A stretch of 64,000 bases of DNA from assembly GCA_044229145.1 (NCBI GenBank), contig JBGATO010000015.1, forward strand, positions 1-64,000, written 5' to 3'. A model generated the notes under the pieces. It made no database searches. It was not told where the DNA came from and saw only the letters and a program-made list of their open reading frames with translations. Of this stretch, positions 49,007 to 59,825 are shown one piece after another. Position 1 is the stretch's first letter; every line of letters begins with the position of its first letter. The position numbers were made by a program, and so were the translations under genes. The DNA comes from Candidatus Eiseniibacteriota bacterium (lineage in GTDB: Bacteria; Eisenbacteria; RBG-16-71-46; CAZEPH01).

Positions 49007-50779
49007 CTACTTGCCGGCGGCACCCTTCGGAGCCGGCGCGGATGCACCCCCTCCGCCCTTCGCCGCCTTGGTCACGAAATCGAGGCCCTTCTTCGCGTTG
49101 CCATTGTTGGGGTCCAACGCGACAGCCTTTTCGAAGGTCGCCTGGGCCGACGCCACGTCCTTCAGGTAGTACTGCGCCCAGCCCGCCCAGTTCAGGGCGT
49201 TGGACCGCGCCTGCCCGTTGTCTTGCGGCAACAAGCTGTCGGCCTTGACCAACGTCTCCGCCGCCTCGGTCCACTGGGACTTGCCATAGTACGAAAGACC
49301 AAGGTTCAAATACGCGAGCGAATTCGATCCGTCAAGCGCAATGACCTTCTGGAGAATGGGGATCGCCTTGTCGTAGTTCGACTGGTAGAAGTAAGCGAGA
49401 CCGAGCTGGAGCCACGGGTCCGCCATCGTGCTGTCGCAGGACACCGCCTTCTCGTAGGCCGACGCCATTTCGACGTAGTCCTTCTTCAGGCGGTTCAGCT
49501 TACCGACCCGAATGTACAGGTCGCACGGGGCTTCGGCACAGTGCTGGAGCGACGTGTTGTAGGCACGCCGGGCGACGTCGTACATCGAGTCACGCTCGGC
49601 GGGCGTACGGTCCTTGCCGCCGGCGAGGAACAGCACGGCATCGCCGAGCATCTTGCCGGCGCCGCAACTATCCGGTTCGATCTCGAGTGCGCGCTGAAGA
49701 GCCGGAATCGCCTCGTTGTAGAACTTGCCCTTGAACAGCGCCTCGCCGTAGCGCAGCCAGCTCGCCGCGGCATTCGGCTGCAACGTGGTCAAGTGCTGGA
49801 ACATGCGCGCCGCGTTGTCGAACTGATCGCCGAGGTAGTAGAGATTACCGGCTTGGAACCAGGCATCCACGAACGTCGAGTCGATGTTGGTGGCCTGACG
49901 GTAGGCGTCCACCGCATCCGTGTACGAGCGTGCCTTGGCCTGTGCCCGGCCGAGCTTGTAGAAGAGATCCGCGCGATCCTTGGCGAGTGCGGTGGCCTTG
50001 CCGTAACTGTCCGCCGCGGACTCGCCGTTGCCCTGGAGCATGTATGCGTCGCCCAGGCGTTCCTTGATGTCCGCGTTCTGCGGTTCGAGAGCGTCGCCGC
50101 GCAGAATCAAGGTGCTGGCATCGTTGAACAGCTGCTGCGACTTGTCGAGGTGCGCCTTCGCATTCGGCGTGTCGCCCGCGAGTCCCAGACTGTCCGCCAT
50201 GCGGCGCTCGATCGCAGCTTGCGCGGCGAGCGCTGCGCCCTGCCAGGCATAGTACGGCGCCTTCCGCTTGGCCTTCTTCTCACCCGCCTGCAAGGCCGCG
50301 AGCGCTTCGTCCGGCTTGTTCTGACCCAGGAGCACCCGGCCCATGCCCAGCTGCGCTTCCTCGCTCTTCGGCTTCGCAGCCAGACACGCTTGGTAGGCAG
50401 CTCCCGCGCTGTCGACGGCCCCCACCATGAGGAGCGCGTCCCCGAGTCCGCGCTGGATTTCGGGGTCGGTGCCTCCCTTGCCTGCTGCGTTTACGAACGC
50501 CCACCGCGCGTCGCTGCCACGGCCGTACGCGAGATAGGTGAACCCGAGCCACTGATACGCATCCGCGAGCGAGGCGTCGAGCGAGATGGCACGCTCGAGC
50601 TTGTCCTTTGCCTCGTCGAGTCGGTCCTGGCGATAGGCGACCTGGCCGTCACGCGTCAACTCGCGCGCATCTTCGGCGCGCGCCGCACGTCCCGGCATGA
50701 GGGTCCCCAGCGCAAGCACGCAGAGGGCACTGACGAGCGCCGGACGCATCCGGCGCTGCACGGTACCGCTTTCGATCAT
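49007..50779 (-). CDS. Exported tetratricopeptide repeat protein (about 590 aa)
   Basis: Signal peptide (ALVSALCVLAL...ARA) and many TPR units. Alternative GTG start at 50815. Confidence 0.85.
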   Translation of the reverse strand: MIESGTVQRRMRPALVSALCVLALGTLMPGRAARAEDARELTRDGQVAYRQDRLDEAKDKLERAISLDASLADAYQWLGFTYLAYGRGSDARWAFVNAAGKGGTDPEIQRGLGDALLMVGAVDSAGAAYQACLAAKPKSEEAQLGMGRVLLGQNKPDEALAALQAGEKKAKRKAPYYAWQGAALAAQAAIERRMADSLGLAGDTPNAKAHLDKSQQLFNDASTLILRGDALEPQNADIKERLGDAYMLQGNGESAADSYGKATALAKDRADLFYKLGRAQAKARSYTDAVDAYRQATNIDSTFVDAWFQAGNLYYLGDQFDNAARMFQHLTTLQPNAAASWLRYGEALFKGKFYNEAIPALQRALEIEPDSCGAGKMLGDAVLFLAGGKDRTPAERDSMYDVARRAYNTSLQHCAEAPCDLYIRVGKLNRLKKDYVEMASAYEKAVSCDSTMADPWLQLGLAYFYQSNYDKAIPILQKVIALDGSNSLAYLNLGLSYYGKSQWTEAAETLVKADSLLPQDNGQARSNALNWAGWAQYYLKDVASAQATFEKAVALDPNNGNAKKGLDFVTKAAKGGGGASAPAPKGAAGK

Positions 50780-50811
50780 GGACGTTGGCTCCTGGGTCAG
50801 TCCCGTTGTGA

Positions 50812-51699
50812 TCACCGGAGGCGCACATCGAAGGACGACGACGCAATAGGCGCGAAACCGACGCGCTCGACGGCGCGCTGCCCCCGCTGGCTGGTCAGGA
50901 AAGCGAGGAACCCAGCGGCCAGCCCGCCGGCTTCCCCGCGCGTGATCGCGCGGACTTCACTGGTCAGCGGATAGCTTCCATCGGCCAGCGATGCTTGACT
51001 GAGACTGCTCGCCGCGGTGCTGTCGCCGGCGGGTACCACATCGAGGACGTGGACACGCGGATGGTTGCCGGCCGTCCGCACCAAGTACCCCGAACCCGCG
51101 AACCCAAGCGCTTGCGAGCGCTGTGCCACTTGCGCCACCACCGCCGAGTCGCTCTCCACGAAATACACCGGTGACCGGGCGATGTCGCCGCACCGTGCTG
51201 CCACATATGCTCCCGTTGCCGTGCTTGGTTCTGGAGCGAAGACTTGCAGGCTCTCGCCACCACCGCCCAGTCCCGACCACAACCGCAGGCGCCCTTTCAC
51301 CACATCCGTGAGGAGCGCTTCTGGCACACGTGCGACGCCGGAGGACGGATGGACGAGCACCGCGATGCCCTCCACGGCAATCGGTGCCGCTTGGAGCGTG
51401 AGCTTGAGTTGTGCTGCCGCCTTGGTTTCTTCCGGCAAGGGATCGCGGGACATCACCACGAGATCCACCTGGCGCCGCAGCAGGGCCTCGGTCGCGCGAA
51501 AACCGTCCGCGTCAACCGTTACCACCCGCGTTTCCGGATACTGATCGTGAAACGCGTCTGCCGCCGCCTGCACCAGCGCGAGGCACGCTCCCGAAGCCGC
51601 CACCGTGAGGGTGCCCGAAGTCGGTGAGTCTTGCCGCTTTCCGCACGCAGATAGGAGGATCGTCGCACATAGAAACGGGACGAGAGACGCGCGCGGCAC
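50812..51699 (-). CDS. PstS-like periplasmic substrate-binding lipoprotein (PBP superfamily)
   Basis: Lipobox LLSAC, GTLTVA, F...YP, IAVEGIAVLVHP, G.YPL, GLAAGFLAFL.S..GQ. The frame is open to 51813. Confidence 0.75.
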   Translation of the reverse strand: MPRASLVPFLCATILLSACGKRQDSPTSGTLTVAASGACLALVQAAADAFHDQYPETRVVTVDADGFRATEALLRRQVDLVVMSRDPLPEETKAAAQLKLTLQAAPIAVEGIAVLVHPSSGVARVPEALLTDVVKGRLRLWSGLGGGGESLQVFAPEPSTATGAYVAARCGDIARSPVYFVESDSAVVAQVAQRSQALGFAGSGYLVRTAGNHPRVHVLDVVPAGDSTAASSLSQASLADGSYPLTSEVRAITRGEAGGLAAGFLAFLTSQRGQRAVERVGFAPIASSSFDVRLR

Positions 51700-51834
51700 C
51701 CTGGGCCATGACCGCCGGCTCTGCGTACGAGACGCATGCCGGGGCGCTCCCCAGGTTGTGCCCGGGGACACTACCGATCGAAGCGTCCGGGTGTCAACTC
51801 TCGTCCAGTGCATGGCTGTGGTCTTCTCGGAGAA

Positions 51835-53127
51835 TCAGGGGCGCAACCGGTGGAGCATGCGCGGGAACGGAATCGTCTCGCGGATGTGCTCCAGACCGCA
51901 TACCCACGCTACCGTGCGTTCGATTCCCAGCCCAAAGCCGGCGTGCGGCACCGACCCGAACCGGCGCAGGTCGAGGTACCAGTCGAACGCCTCGGCGGGA
52001 AGCTGGTGTTCGGCAATGCGCTTCTCGATGAGGGCCAGGTCCCAGATGCGCTCGCCGCCCCCGATGATCTCGCCGTAGCCCTCCGGTGCCAGCAGGTCGG
52101 CACTCAGAGAGAGCGTCGCGTCCTGCGGGTCCGGCTGCATGTAGAACGCCTTGGCCGCGCTCGGGAACCGGTGGACGAACACGGGGCGATCGAACGAATT
52201 GGCGATGATCGTCTCGTGCGGCGCGCCGAAGTCCTCGCCCCATGGCAACGCTTCGCCGGCGTCGTTGACCAGCTTGATGGCGTCCGTGTAACTGATGCGC
52301 GGGAATGGCGGCACCACGCGTTCGAGCGCCGCGGTGTCGCGTTCGAGAATCACCAGCTCGTTCTTACACCGCTCGAGCGCATGGGTGACGAGCCGGCCGA
52401 CGAACTGCTCGGCGAGTTCCATCACGTCGTCGAGCGTCGCGTACGCGACCTCGGGTTCGATCATCCAGAACTCGATGAGATGCCGGCGCGTCTTCGACTT
52501 CTCGGCGCGGAACGTCGGGCCAAAACAGACTTGCTTGCCGAACGCCATCGCCATGGCTTCGTTGTACAGCTGGCCGCTCTGCGTGAGGTAGACCTTGTCC
52601 CCGAAGTAGTCGCACTCGAAGAGCGTCGTCGTGCCTTCGCACGCGGCGGGTGTGAACACCGGCGCGTCGCCGAGCGTGAAACCCCGCTCGTAGAAGAACA
52701 GGCGTGCGGCCATGATGAGCTCGCTTCGCACTCGCAGGATGGCGTGCTGGCGCTGCGAACGCAGCCACAGATGACGGTTCGCCATCAGGAATTCGGTGCC
52801 GTGTTCTTTCGGCGTGATCGGGTACTCGCCGGCAACCTGGTGCACGATCACCGAGTCGACCGACAGCTCGAAGCCGCCCGGCGACCGCGGGTCGGCCTTC
52901 ACTGTGCCGGTCACGCTCAGTGACGATTCCTGCGTCAGCGTCTGAAGCGCATCCCACACTTCCGGCGCGACCTTGTTCTTCGGCGCCACGCATTGGATGA
53001 GGCCGGTACCGTCCCGCACGAGGAGGAATTCGAGCTTTCCGCTCGAGCGCCGGTTGTAGACCCAGCCGCGCAGCGTCACGCTTTGTCCTTCGTACTGCGC
53101 GATGTCGGAGATGTAGACGGTGGGCAT
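51835..53127 (-). CDS. asnS: Asparagine--tRNA ligase
   Basis: OB-fold [62 protein letters not shown]. Confidence 0.96.
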   Translation of the reverse strand: MPTVYISDIAQYEGQSVTLRGWVYNRRSSGKLEFLLVRDGTGLIQCVAPKNKVAPEVWDALQTLTQESSLSVTGTVKADPRSPGGFELSVDSVIVHQVAGEYPITPKEHGTEFLMANRHLWLRSQRQHAILRVRSELIMAARLFFYERGFTLGDAPVFTPAACEGTTTLFECDYFGDKVYLTQSGQLYNEAMAMAFGKQVCFGPTFRAEKSKTRRHLIEFWMIEPEVAYATLDDVMELAEQFVGRLVTHALERCKNELVILERDTAALERVVPPFPRISYTDAIKLVNDAGEALPWGEDFGAPHETIIANSFDRPVFVHRFPSAAKAFYMQPDPQDATLSLSADLLAPEGYGEIIGGGERIWDLALIEKRIAEHQLPAEAFDWYLDLRRFGSVPHAGFGLGIERTVAWVCGLEHIRETIPFPRMLHRLRP

Positions 53128-53135
53128 GCATCCTC

Positions 53136-54164
53136 TCACGTGGAAGTGGGACCGACCTGTTCGGCCCGCGTGCCATCGCCCGCCCCAGCGGGCGGAGTCG
53201 AGTAGCTTAGCGTGGACGGCGCCTCGGCGCTAGGCCGCGCACCGAGCCACCGCCGGGCCTCCGCGCGCACGGCGTCGACCGACAGCCCCTCGAGGCACGG
53301 CGCGCCGAAGCGGCAGTCGCGCTGAAAACACGGGGCGCAGGCGAGGCCCGCGTGGAGGCTGACATGACGCGCGCTGGACGGCGCCGTCCACTCCGGCGCG
53401 GTCGAGCCGTAGAGCCCGACGGTCGCGGCACCGCACGCAGACGCCAAGTGCACGACACCGGAGTCGTTGCCGACCACCACCGAGGCCGCGGCGCAGAGGC
53501 CCCCGAGCATTCGGAGGTCGGTGCGTCCCACGAATGAGACGAGGGGCGCCTCGACCGCGCGACAGATCGCGGCCGCCACAGCCCCCTCTCCTGCCGCTCC
53601 GACCAGCGCAACTCGCGCCCCCTCGCGGGAAAGCGCCGCCGCCAGCACCGCGAAGGATTCGGCGGGCCACCGCTTCGCCGAGCCGAATTGGGCTCCGGGT
53701 GCGAACAAGACGATGGGATCTGATCCGAGTTCCTGGAGGAGCGGCTCAGCGGCGGCGCGCCAGGTCGCAGGCACACGAAAGGTCGGGCCAGCGGCCGCCG
53801 GCAACTCGAGAGCGTCCGCGAGCGCCGCATATTGCCGCGTCAGGTGACCGAGAGGTCGGCGCACGACCCGCGCACCGCCCCATCGCCGCGCTCCGGAGGA
53901 GAAGCAGACGACGTCACGCGCACCGGCCCGCCGGGCGACTCCGAGGCTGCGCCACGATTCGGTGAGCACCAACGCGCGGCTCGCGCGGGCGCGGGGAACC
54001 GAGGCCGTCTCGACATCCCATGCCTCGGCGAGCGGCGCCAGCCACTCGCGCAGCACCACGACCGGTGGGCCATCGGCCGCGCCGGCGGCTCGTGCCACGA
54101 CCTCGCTTGCCATGACCGCATCGCCCAGCCAATTCGGCGCGAAGAGATGCAGCCGGCCAGTCAT
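53136..54164 (-). CDS. waaF: Lipopolysaccharide heptosyltransferase II (GT9)
   Basis: [48 protein letters not shown]. Confidence 0.82.
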   Translation of the reverse strand: MTGRLHLFAPNWLGDAVMASEVVARAAGAADGPPVVVLREWLAPLAEAWDVETASVPRARASRALVLTESWRSLGVARRAGARDVVCFSSGARRWGGARVVRRPLGHLTRQYAALADALELPAAAGPTFRVPATWRAAAEPLLQELGSDPIVLFAPGAQFGSAKRWPAESFAVLAAALSREGARVALVGAAGEGAVAAAICRAVEAPLVSFVGRTDLRMLGGLCAAASVVVGNDSGVVHLASACGAATVGLYGSTAPEWTAPSSARHVSLHAGLACAPCFQRDCRFGAPCLEGLSVDAVRAEARRWLGARPSAEAPSTLSYSTPPAGAGDGTRAEQVGPTST

Positions 54165-55186
54165 CGACACTCCCCCAGTGCGGCACGCACGACAGCGGCG
54201 ACCTCGTCCGGGGTAATTCCCGCGAGGCAGGCGTGATCGCCGCGCCAGCACGGCCGCGTGCCATGCACTGAGCACGGCCGGCAGGGCAACGGGTGCTCGA
54301 CGACTGTGTGCCCCTCTCCGACCGGCGCGAAGCCAAACGCGGGAATCGTAGGGCCGAAGAGACTGACGACCGGCGTGCCACACGCCGCGGCGAGGTGCGC
54401 GAGGCCGGTGTCGCCGGCGACGACGAGGTGCGCGGAGGCAACCAGCGCAGCGGCCTCGACGAGCGATGCCCCCACTGACCATCCACCACCCGGCCGCCGC
54501 GCCCACAGGGAGCCCGACTGCGGGACGCCGGCATCGGACAGCACGCAGACATCCGCTTCTGCCGTCAGCAGATCCGCCAGGGCGTTCACGTGCGCGACGG
54601 GCCAACGCTTGGCGCCGCGCCCGGCGTCGCAGAGGACCACCAGCGGCCGGTCGGGGTGCCGGACATCCGGCGGCGGGTTCCACTGTGGTGCCTCGAGGCG
54701 TGGCGGCCGAGCGTCGGCCGTGGGCGTGCCGAGCGCCCGCAGGGTCGCGTCCACCATCTTGCGCCACGCGGGCACCGCCGCACGCACCGGCCAATAGCGT
54801 CCGGGCAATCCAGTGCGGGGCGCGCGGACCAGGAGGCGACGCGCGAGGCCATCGCCCTGCAGCCGGACCCGGGACACACCCCACGCGGCAGCGAGTACCC
54901 GACCGCGCATTCCGCCCTGCAGATCGACGAATGCGTCGGGCCGGGGTTCCCGGCGCGCCAAGCCGCGCAAACCGGCCCAATCGCCACCCTGCGCGTCTGC
55001 CTCCAGCGTGACGATGCGATCGATGGCGGGACACAGCGTGAGCAGCGGCGCCCAGGCGGCGCGCGTCACGAAAGTGATCTCGGCCCCGGGCCGCGCCGCG
55101 CGGACCGTGTCCGCCGCGGCGCTCGCCAGAACGACATCGCCAAGGGCGTTGGTGCGGAGCAGGCACCACCGCTCGCGTCCGCTCAC
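54161..55186 (-). CDS. GT9 family glycosyltransferase (ADP-heptose:LPS heptosyltransferase-like)
   Basis: RTNALGDVVL, DLQ, KRWP, GDTG.AHLAAA.G.PVV.LFGPT...GFAP, CRPCSVHG...C. Confidence 0.85.
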   Translation of the reverse strand: MSGRERWCLLRTNALGDVVLASAAADTVRAARPGAEITFVTRAAWAPLLTLCPAIDRIVTLEADAQGGDWAGLRGLARREPRPDAFVDLQGGMRGRVLAAAWGVSRVRLQGDGLARRLLVRAPRTGLPGRYWPVRAAVPAWRKMVDATLRALGTPTADARPPRLEAPQWNPPPDVRHPDRPLVVLCDAGRGAKRWPVAHVNALADLLTAEADVCVLSDAGVPQSGSLWARRPGGGWSVGASLVEAAALVASAHLVVAGDTGLAHLAAACGTPVVSLFGPTIPAFGFAPVGEGHTVVEHPLPCRPCSVHGTRPCWRGDHACLAGITPDEVAAVVRAALGECR

Positions 55187-57021
55187 GCCGGCGCGCTCTC
55201 CCGCGCGCCGAACTGCTGGTCGTGCAGACGGCGGTACACACCTTCGCGCACCAGCAGTTCGGCGTGCGTGCCGCTTTCGACCAAGCGGCCACGATCGAGG
55301 ACCAGGATGCGATCGGCGCGTTGGACCGTCGACAAGCGGTGCGCCACCACGAGCGCGGTCCGCCCGCGCAGCAACTCACCCAGCGCTTCCTGTACCAGTC
55401 GCTCGGATTCGGAATCGAGCGCCGAGGTCGCCTCGTCGAGCAGAAGCACCGGCGGGTCGAGCAGGATCGCGCGGGCGATGGCGAGGCGCTGGCGTTCGCC
55501 GCCGCTGAGACGAACCCCGCGATCCCCGATCACCGTGTCGTATCCCTGCGGCAGGCGGCGGATGAAGGCGTCCGCATGCGCGCGCACGGCGGCCCGCTCG
55601 ATGGCGGCGCGATCGATATCGTCGCGGCCATAGGCAATGTTCCGCCACACGCTGTCGTGGAACAGGATCGTCTCCTGCGTGACGATGCCCATCTGGCTGC
55701 GCACCGAACGCAACGTCAGCGTGCGGAGATCGCGGCCGTCGAGCAACACGCGTCCGGCCGTCGGGTCGTAGAAACGCGGCACCAAATCGAGCAAGGTCGA
55801 CTTTCCCGCACCGCTGTGTCCGACCAGCGCGTACACCGCTCCCGCGGGAAGTGTCACATCGATGTCGCGGAGCACGGGCTCTCCGCCGTCGTATGCGAAG
55901 CTGACCCGCTCGAAGCGCAGGCCCTCGCGCACGCCGTGCACCGCGAAGGCGTCCGGTGCATCGCGCAGCGTCACCGGCTCGTCGAGCAGCGCGAAGACGC
56001 GCCCCGCCGACGCGATGCCCGACTGGACGACGGTGTTCGCGTTCGAGAGGCTTCGCACCGGCATCATGAGCGACAGCATCGCGGTGACGAAGACGAAGAA
56101 GCGGTCGGGCGTCAGTGTGTGGGACATCAACACCTCGTGCCCGGCGACCCAGATGACCGCAACCACTGCGAGGGCGCCGAGGAATTCGGTCAGCGGCGGT
56201 GCGAGCGCTCCTACCCGCCGCATGCGGAGGGTGGCCGATGCGAACGCCGCCGTCTGCGCACGGAAGCGCGCGATCTCGTGCCGCTCCGCGGTGAACGCCT
56301 TGACGACGCGAATCCCACTCAGCGTCTCTTGAAGGGTAGTGGTGAGGTCCGCCATCGACGATTGCGCGGCGCGCGTCTGGCGCCGCACCTGCTTGGCGAT
56401 CACGCGCAGCAGGAGGCCGGTGACCGCGAGCACGACCACCGACAAGGCGGCCAGTCGCCACGACACCCACATCACCCATCCCAGCATCACCACGAACAGG
56501 AGCGCATCCTTGAGCGCGTAGGACAAACCGGCATTGAGGGCTTCGCGCACCGCGCTGACGTCGTTGGTAACTCGCGAGATCACCGCGCCGGCGCGGCGCT
56601 CGTGGAAGAAGGCCAGCGGCATCTCGTGGATGTGAGCGTACAAGTGATCGCGCAGATCTTGGATGACTCGCTGCTCGACGACGCTGAGCAAATAGGCCTG
56701 CAGGTAATTGAACGTGTCCTTGAGTGCGAACACCGCGATCAACAACACGCACACGCGGCCGAGCGCGGTCACCGGATCGCCGGCGAACACGAACGCATTC
56801 ACGCCCTCATGCAGCCACGACTGGATGCGCAGGACACCGCCGGCTGCCGCAGCGGGCGGCGGTGCCGCTGCCCCCGGACTGAACAGCACGCGCATGAACG
56901 GCGAGACCAAGCCCACCGACACGCCCGACGTGACCGCGAACAGGAACAAACACGTGAGAGCCAACGCCAACCGCGCCGCATGCGGCCGCGCGTAGCGCAA
57001 CAATCGCAGGTAGATCCTCAC
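55183..57021 (-). CDS. msbA: Lipid A/core flippase-type ABC exporter (MsbA-like)
   Basis: TMD plus NBD: G...SRVTND, IRVVKAF, GHSGAGKST, RFYDP, LSGGERQR, DEATSALD. Located in the lipid A cluster. Confidence 0.85.
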   Translation of the reverse strand: MRIYLRLLRYARPHAARLALALTCLFLFAVTSGVSVGLVSPFMRVLFSPGAAAPPPAAAAGGVLRIQSWLHEGVNAFVFAGDPVTALGRVCVLLIAVFALKDTFNYLQAYLLSVVEQRVIQDLRDHLYAHIHEMPLAFFHERRAGAVISRVTNDVSAVREALNAGLSYALKDALLFVVMLGWVMWVSWRLAALSVVVLAVTGLLLRVIAKQVRRQTRAAQSSMADLTTTLQETLSGIRVVKAFTAERHEIARFRAQTAAFASATLRMRRVGALAPPLTEFLGALAVVAVIWVAGHEVLMSHTLTPDRFFVFVTAMLSLMMPVRSLSNANTVVQSGIASAGRVFALLDEPVTLRDAPDAFAVHGVREGLRFERVSFAYDGGEPVLRDIDVTLPAGAVYALVGHSGAGKSTLLDLVPRFYDPTAGRVLLDGRDLRTLTLRSVRSQMGIVTQETILFHDSVWRNIAYGRDDIDRAAIERAAVRAHADAFIRRLPQGYDTVIGDRGVRLSGGERQRLAIARAILLDPPVLLLDEATSALDSESERLVQEALGELLRGRTALVVAHRLSTVQRADRILVLDRGRLVESGTHAELLVREGVYRRLHDQQFGARESAPA

Positions 57022-58652
57022 CGCGCCGGCGGCTCCAGCGTGCCCTCGGACGGGGCGAGAATCGTATCGACGCCCGCGCCAACCGCGTCCGGGCCGTCGA
57101 GCAGGTAGTGCAACCCCCGGCTCTCGGGGCGCCGCCGCGCGCACGCGACGATCAACTCGGCGACCAGCGCGATATTGCGCAATTCGACCAGGTCGCTCGA
57201 GAGCGTGTAGCGCCAATAGTACGCTTCGATTTCGGCACGCAGCACCGCGATGCGCCGCGCCGCCGCCTCGAGTCGTTCGGCGGTGCGCACGATGCCGACG
57301 TAGTCCCACATCAACGTGCGCACTTCGTTCCACGTGTGCTCGATGACGATCGCCTCGCGTGCCGGGACGGCGGCGCGGGCATCCCAGGCCGGTACCCGGC
57401 CGATCGCCTCGGGCGGTGCCAGCGCGGCACGTGCCGGTTCGAGCGCGAGATGCGCCGCCACCAGCGCCTCGAGCAACGAGTTCGACGCGAGGCGGTTGGC
57501 GCCATGCAGGCCGGTGCAGGCGACCTCGCCGATGGCGAACAGTCCGGGCAGTGCGGTGCGGCCGTCGATCGACGCCTGCACGCCACCGCACATGTAGTGC
57601 GCCGCCGGCACCACCGGAATCGGCTGCGTCGTGATGTCGATGCCGTAGTCGGCGCACCGTTGCGCGATGGTCGGGAAGCGCTCCCGCAATCGCGACGCGC
57701 CGATGCCGCGCGCGTCGAGCAGCACGCAGCGATCGCCCCGCCGCTTCATCTCTTGGTCGATGGCACGCGCCACGATGTCGCGCGGCGCGAGATCGGCCAT
57801 CGCGTGGTAGCGCGCCATGAACGGATCGCCGTCGAGCGTCGTGAGTACGGCGCCTTCGCCACGCACCGCTTCGGAGATCAGGAACGACTTGGCGTCGGGG
57901 TGGTAGAGGCACGTCGGGTGAAACTGCATGAATTCGAGGTTCGCCACCGGCACGCCGACGCGCCAGGCCATCGCGACACCGTCGGCCGTGGCGACGTCGG
58001 GGTTGGTCGTGTACAGGTACACCTTGCCCGCGCCACCGGTGGCCAAGACGGTCACGCCCGCCGTGTACGTGTCGACTTCTCCGCTGCGGGTATCCAGCAC
58101 GTAGGCGCCAAGACACCGATCGTCCGCGACCGACCGGTGTGGCGCGCCGTCGCGCGACCCGCGGGTGATGAGATTGATGGCCAGGTGATGCGACAGCAGT
58201 TCGATGTTGGGATGGCTGGCCACCGCGCGCAACAATGCGGCCTCGATCTCGCGGCCGGTGAAGTCGGCGGCGTGCACGATGCGGCGCGCCGAATGCCCGC
58301 CTTCCCGGCCCAATGCGAGGGCATTGCTTCCCTGCTCCGTGCTGAACTGCACACCGACATCCCGCAGCCATGCAATGAGCGGCGGCGCGTGCTCCACCAC
58401 GGTGGCGACGACATCGGGATGACACAGGCCCGCTCCGGCGATCAGCGTGTCGTCGACGTGGCGGGAGAACGAGTCATCGGGACCCAGCACGGCGGCGATG
58501 CCGCCCTGCGCGTAGTTGGTGTTCGACTCGCGATCGGCCTTCTTGGTGATGACGCGCACCGTCCCGTACTCGGCGGCGCGCAGGGCGAACGTGAGCCCGC
58601 CCATGCCACTGCCGAAGACGAGAAAATCCGCGTGCCGTTCGGTCATCGTCAT
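57018..58652 (-). CDS. nadB: L-aspartate oxidase
   Basis: SNTNYAQGGIA, REGGHS.RRI.H, EFMQFHPT, LISEAVRGEG, LAPRDIVAR, GLHGANRLASNSLLE, ESRGLH. Confidence 0.95.
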   Translation of the reverse strand: MTMTERHADFLVFGSGMGGLTFALRAAEYGTVRVITKKADRESNTNYAQGGIAAVLGPDDSFSRHVDDTLIAGAGLCHPDVVATVVEHAPPLIAWLRDVGVQFSTEQGSNALALGREGGHSARRIVHAADFTGREIEAALLRAVASHPNIELLSHHLAINLITRGSRDGAPHRSVADDRCLGAYVLDTRSGEVDTYTAGVTVLATGGAGKVYLYTTNPDVATADGVAMAWRVGVPVANLEFMQFHPTCLYHPDAKSFLISEAVRGEGAVLTTLDGDPFMARYHAMADLAPRDIVARAIDQEMKRRGDRCVLLDARGIGASRLRERFPTIAQRCADYGIDITTQPIPVVPAAHYMCGGVQASIDGRTALPGLFAIGEVACTGLHGANRLASNSLLEALVAAHLALEPARAALAPPEAIGRVPAWDARAAVPAREAIVIEHTWNEVRTLMWDYVGIVRTAERLEAAARRIAVLRAEIEAYYWRYTLSSDLVELRNIALVAELIVACARRRPESRGLHYLLDGPDAVGAGVDTILAPSEGTLEPPAR

Positions 58653-58727
58653 CCTTCCCGCGCGGCGTCGCGCCGCGAACCCTGCGTGCGGCGGCCCCGC
58701 TCGAAGTGGCCGCCGTGACTGCCGCGA

Positions 58728-59825
58728 CTATAGACCACGAGGCGGTGCGACGGCACGCATCCGGGCGCGCATCTGGTCCTCCCCCTCGGTCACGGCGAAG
58801 GCGACGTGCAGAATCGCCCAGTCGCGCGCAACGCCGGACCGCTGCGCCGCGGTGAGCCGGGCAGCGTCCTTCGCGGTCATCAGGACGCGGGCACCCACCG
58901 CGGCGGCGCGCCGCGCCACGTCACCGAGGAGCGCGTCGGAAAACGACGCGTGATCGGCGAGTCGAGTGGCACCGACGAGCCTGGCCCCACAGGCGATGGC
59001 GGCGCGCTCGACATCGTCGGGTCGCGCGACCCCACAGAGCAGCCACCATGACGACGCGGCCATCGCCGGCACGGGACCGCCCGACACGCCGGTGATCCCC
59101 GCCGGACGGTGAATCGCCGACGCGACGACAGCCGACGGCGCCCATCGGGAAACTGCCGCGCGAGCCTCGTCGGCCACGGGCCGCGTGGCCCGCGTGAACA
59201 CGACGATGTCGGCGGCCGCGGTCGCGCTTACGGGTTCGCGCAGGTCTCCGGCGGGCAGACACCGTCCGCTCCCCCATGGCCGCTCCGCGTCGACGAGCAG
59301 GATCCGCAAGGCGGGGCGCGGGGATTCGAGATGGAAGGCATCGTCGAGCAAGATGACCTCGGCGCCCGCGGTGCGCGCGGCGTTCGTCCCTCGCATGCGG
59401 TCGCGGGCGACGAAAACGGGAATCGCCCCGCCAAGCTGCGCCGCCAATTCGGCCGCTTCGTCGCCGCAGCGCGCCGCGTCGTCGGGCGTGGCGCGATGCA
59501 CGTCCGCGGCGCCCCCGCGCCCGCCGTAACCACGCGTCACGATGGCGACCGGCACCGCCTCCGCGGCGAACGCCTGCGCCAACCACGCGATGCACGGCGT
59601 CTTCCCGGTACCGCCCAGTGTCAGGTTGCCGACGCTGACGACGCAAACACCTGCGACCGACTGCGCGCGCCGCCGCCGCGCGGCGCGCAGCCCGTGGGCC
59701 ACCGCGGCGTAGAGCCAACTCGCAGGCGTCCACACCGCGCGCCACAGTGCGCCGGTCGCACCGCCGCGGCCCGCCAGCGCGTCCGCCACCCAGCGCCGCG
59801 TCGCGTCCGCGGCGTTAGTCGGCAT
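58728..59825 (-). CDS. lpxK: Tetraacyldisaccharide 4'-kinase
   Basis: VVSVGNLTLGGTGKTP, TRGYGG, GDEA, ILLDDAF, LPAGDLRE, DH..F, TAKDA. Confidence 0.9.
   Translation of the reverse strand: MPTNAADATRRWVADALAGRGGATGALWRAVWTPASWLYAAVAHGLRAARRRRAQSVAGVCVVSVGNLTLGGTGKTPCIAWLAQAFAAEAVPVAIVTRGYGGRGGAADVHRATPDDAARCGDEAAELAAQLGGAIPVFVARDRMRGTNAARTAGAEVILLDDAFHLESPRPALRILLVDAERPWGSGRCLPAGDLREPVSATAAADIVVFTRATRPVADEARAAVSRWAPSAVVASAIHRPAGITGVSGGPVPAMAASSWWLLCGVARPDDVERAAIACGARLVGATRLADHASFSDALLGDVARRAAAVGARVLMTAKDAARLTAAQRSGVARDWAILHVAFAVTEGEDQMRARMRAVAPPRGL

Noticed and set aside
50812..51813. Phosphate ABC uptake (pst) operon
   Set aside because: pstC, pstA, pstB and phoU are absent, and the neighbours are TPR/ExbBD/TonB genes.
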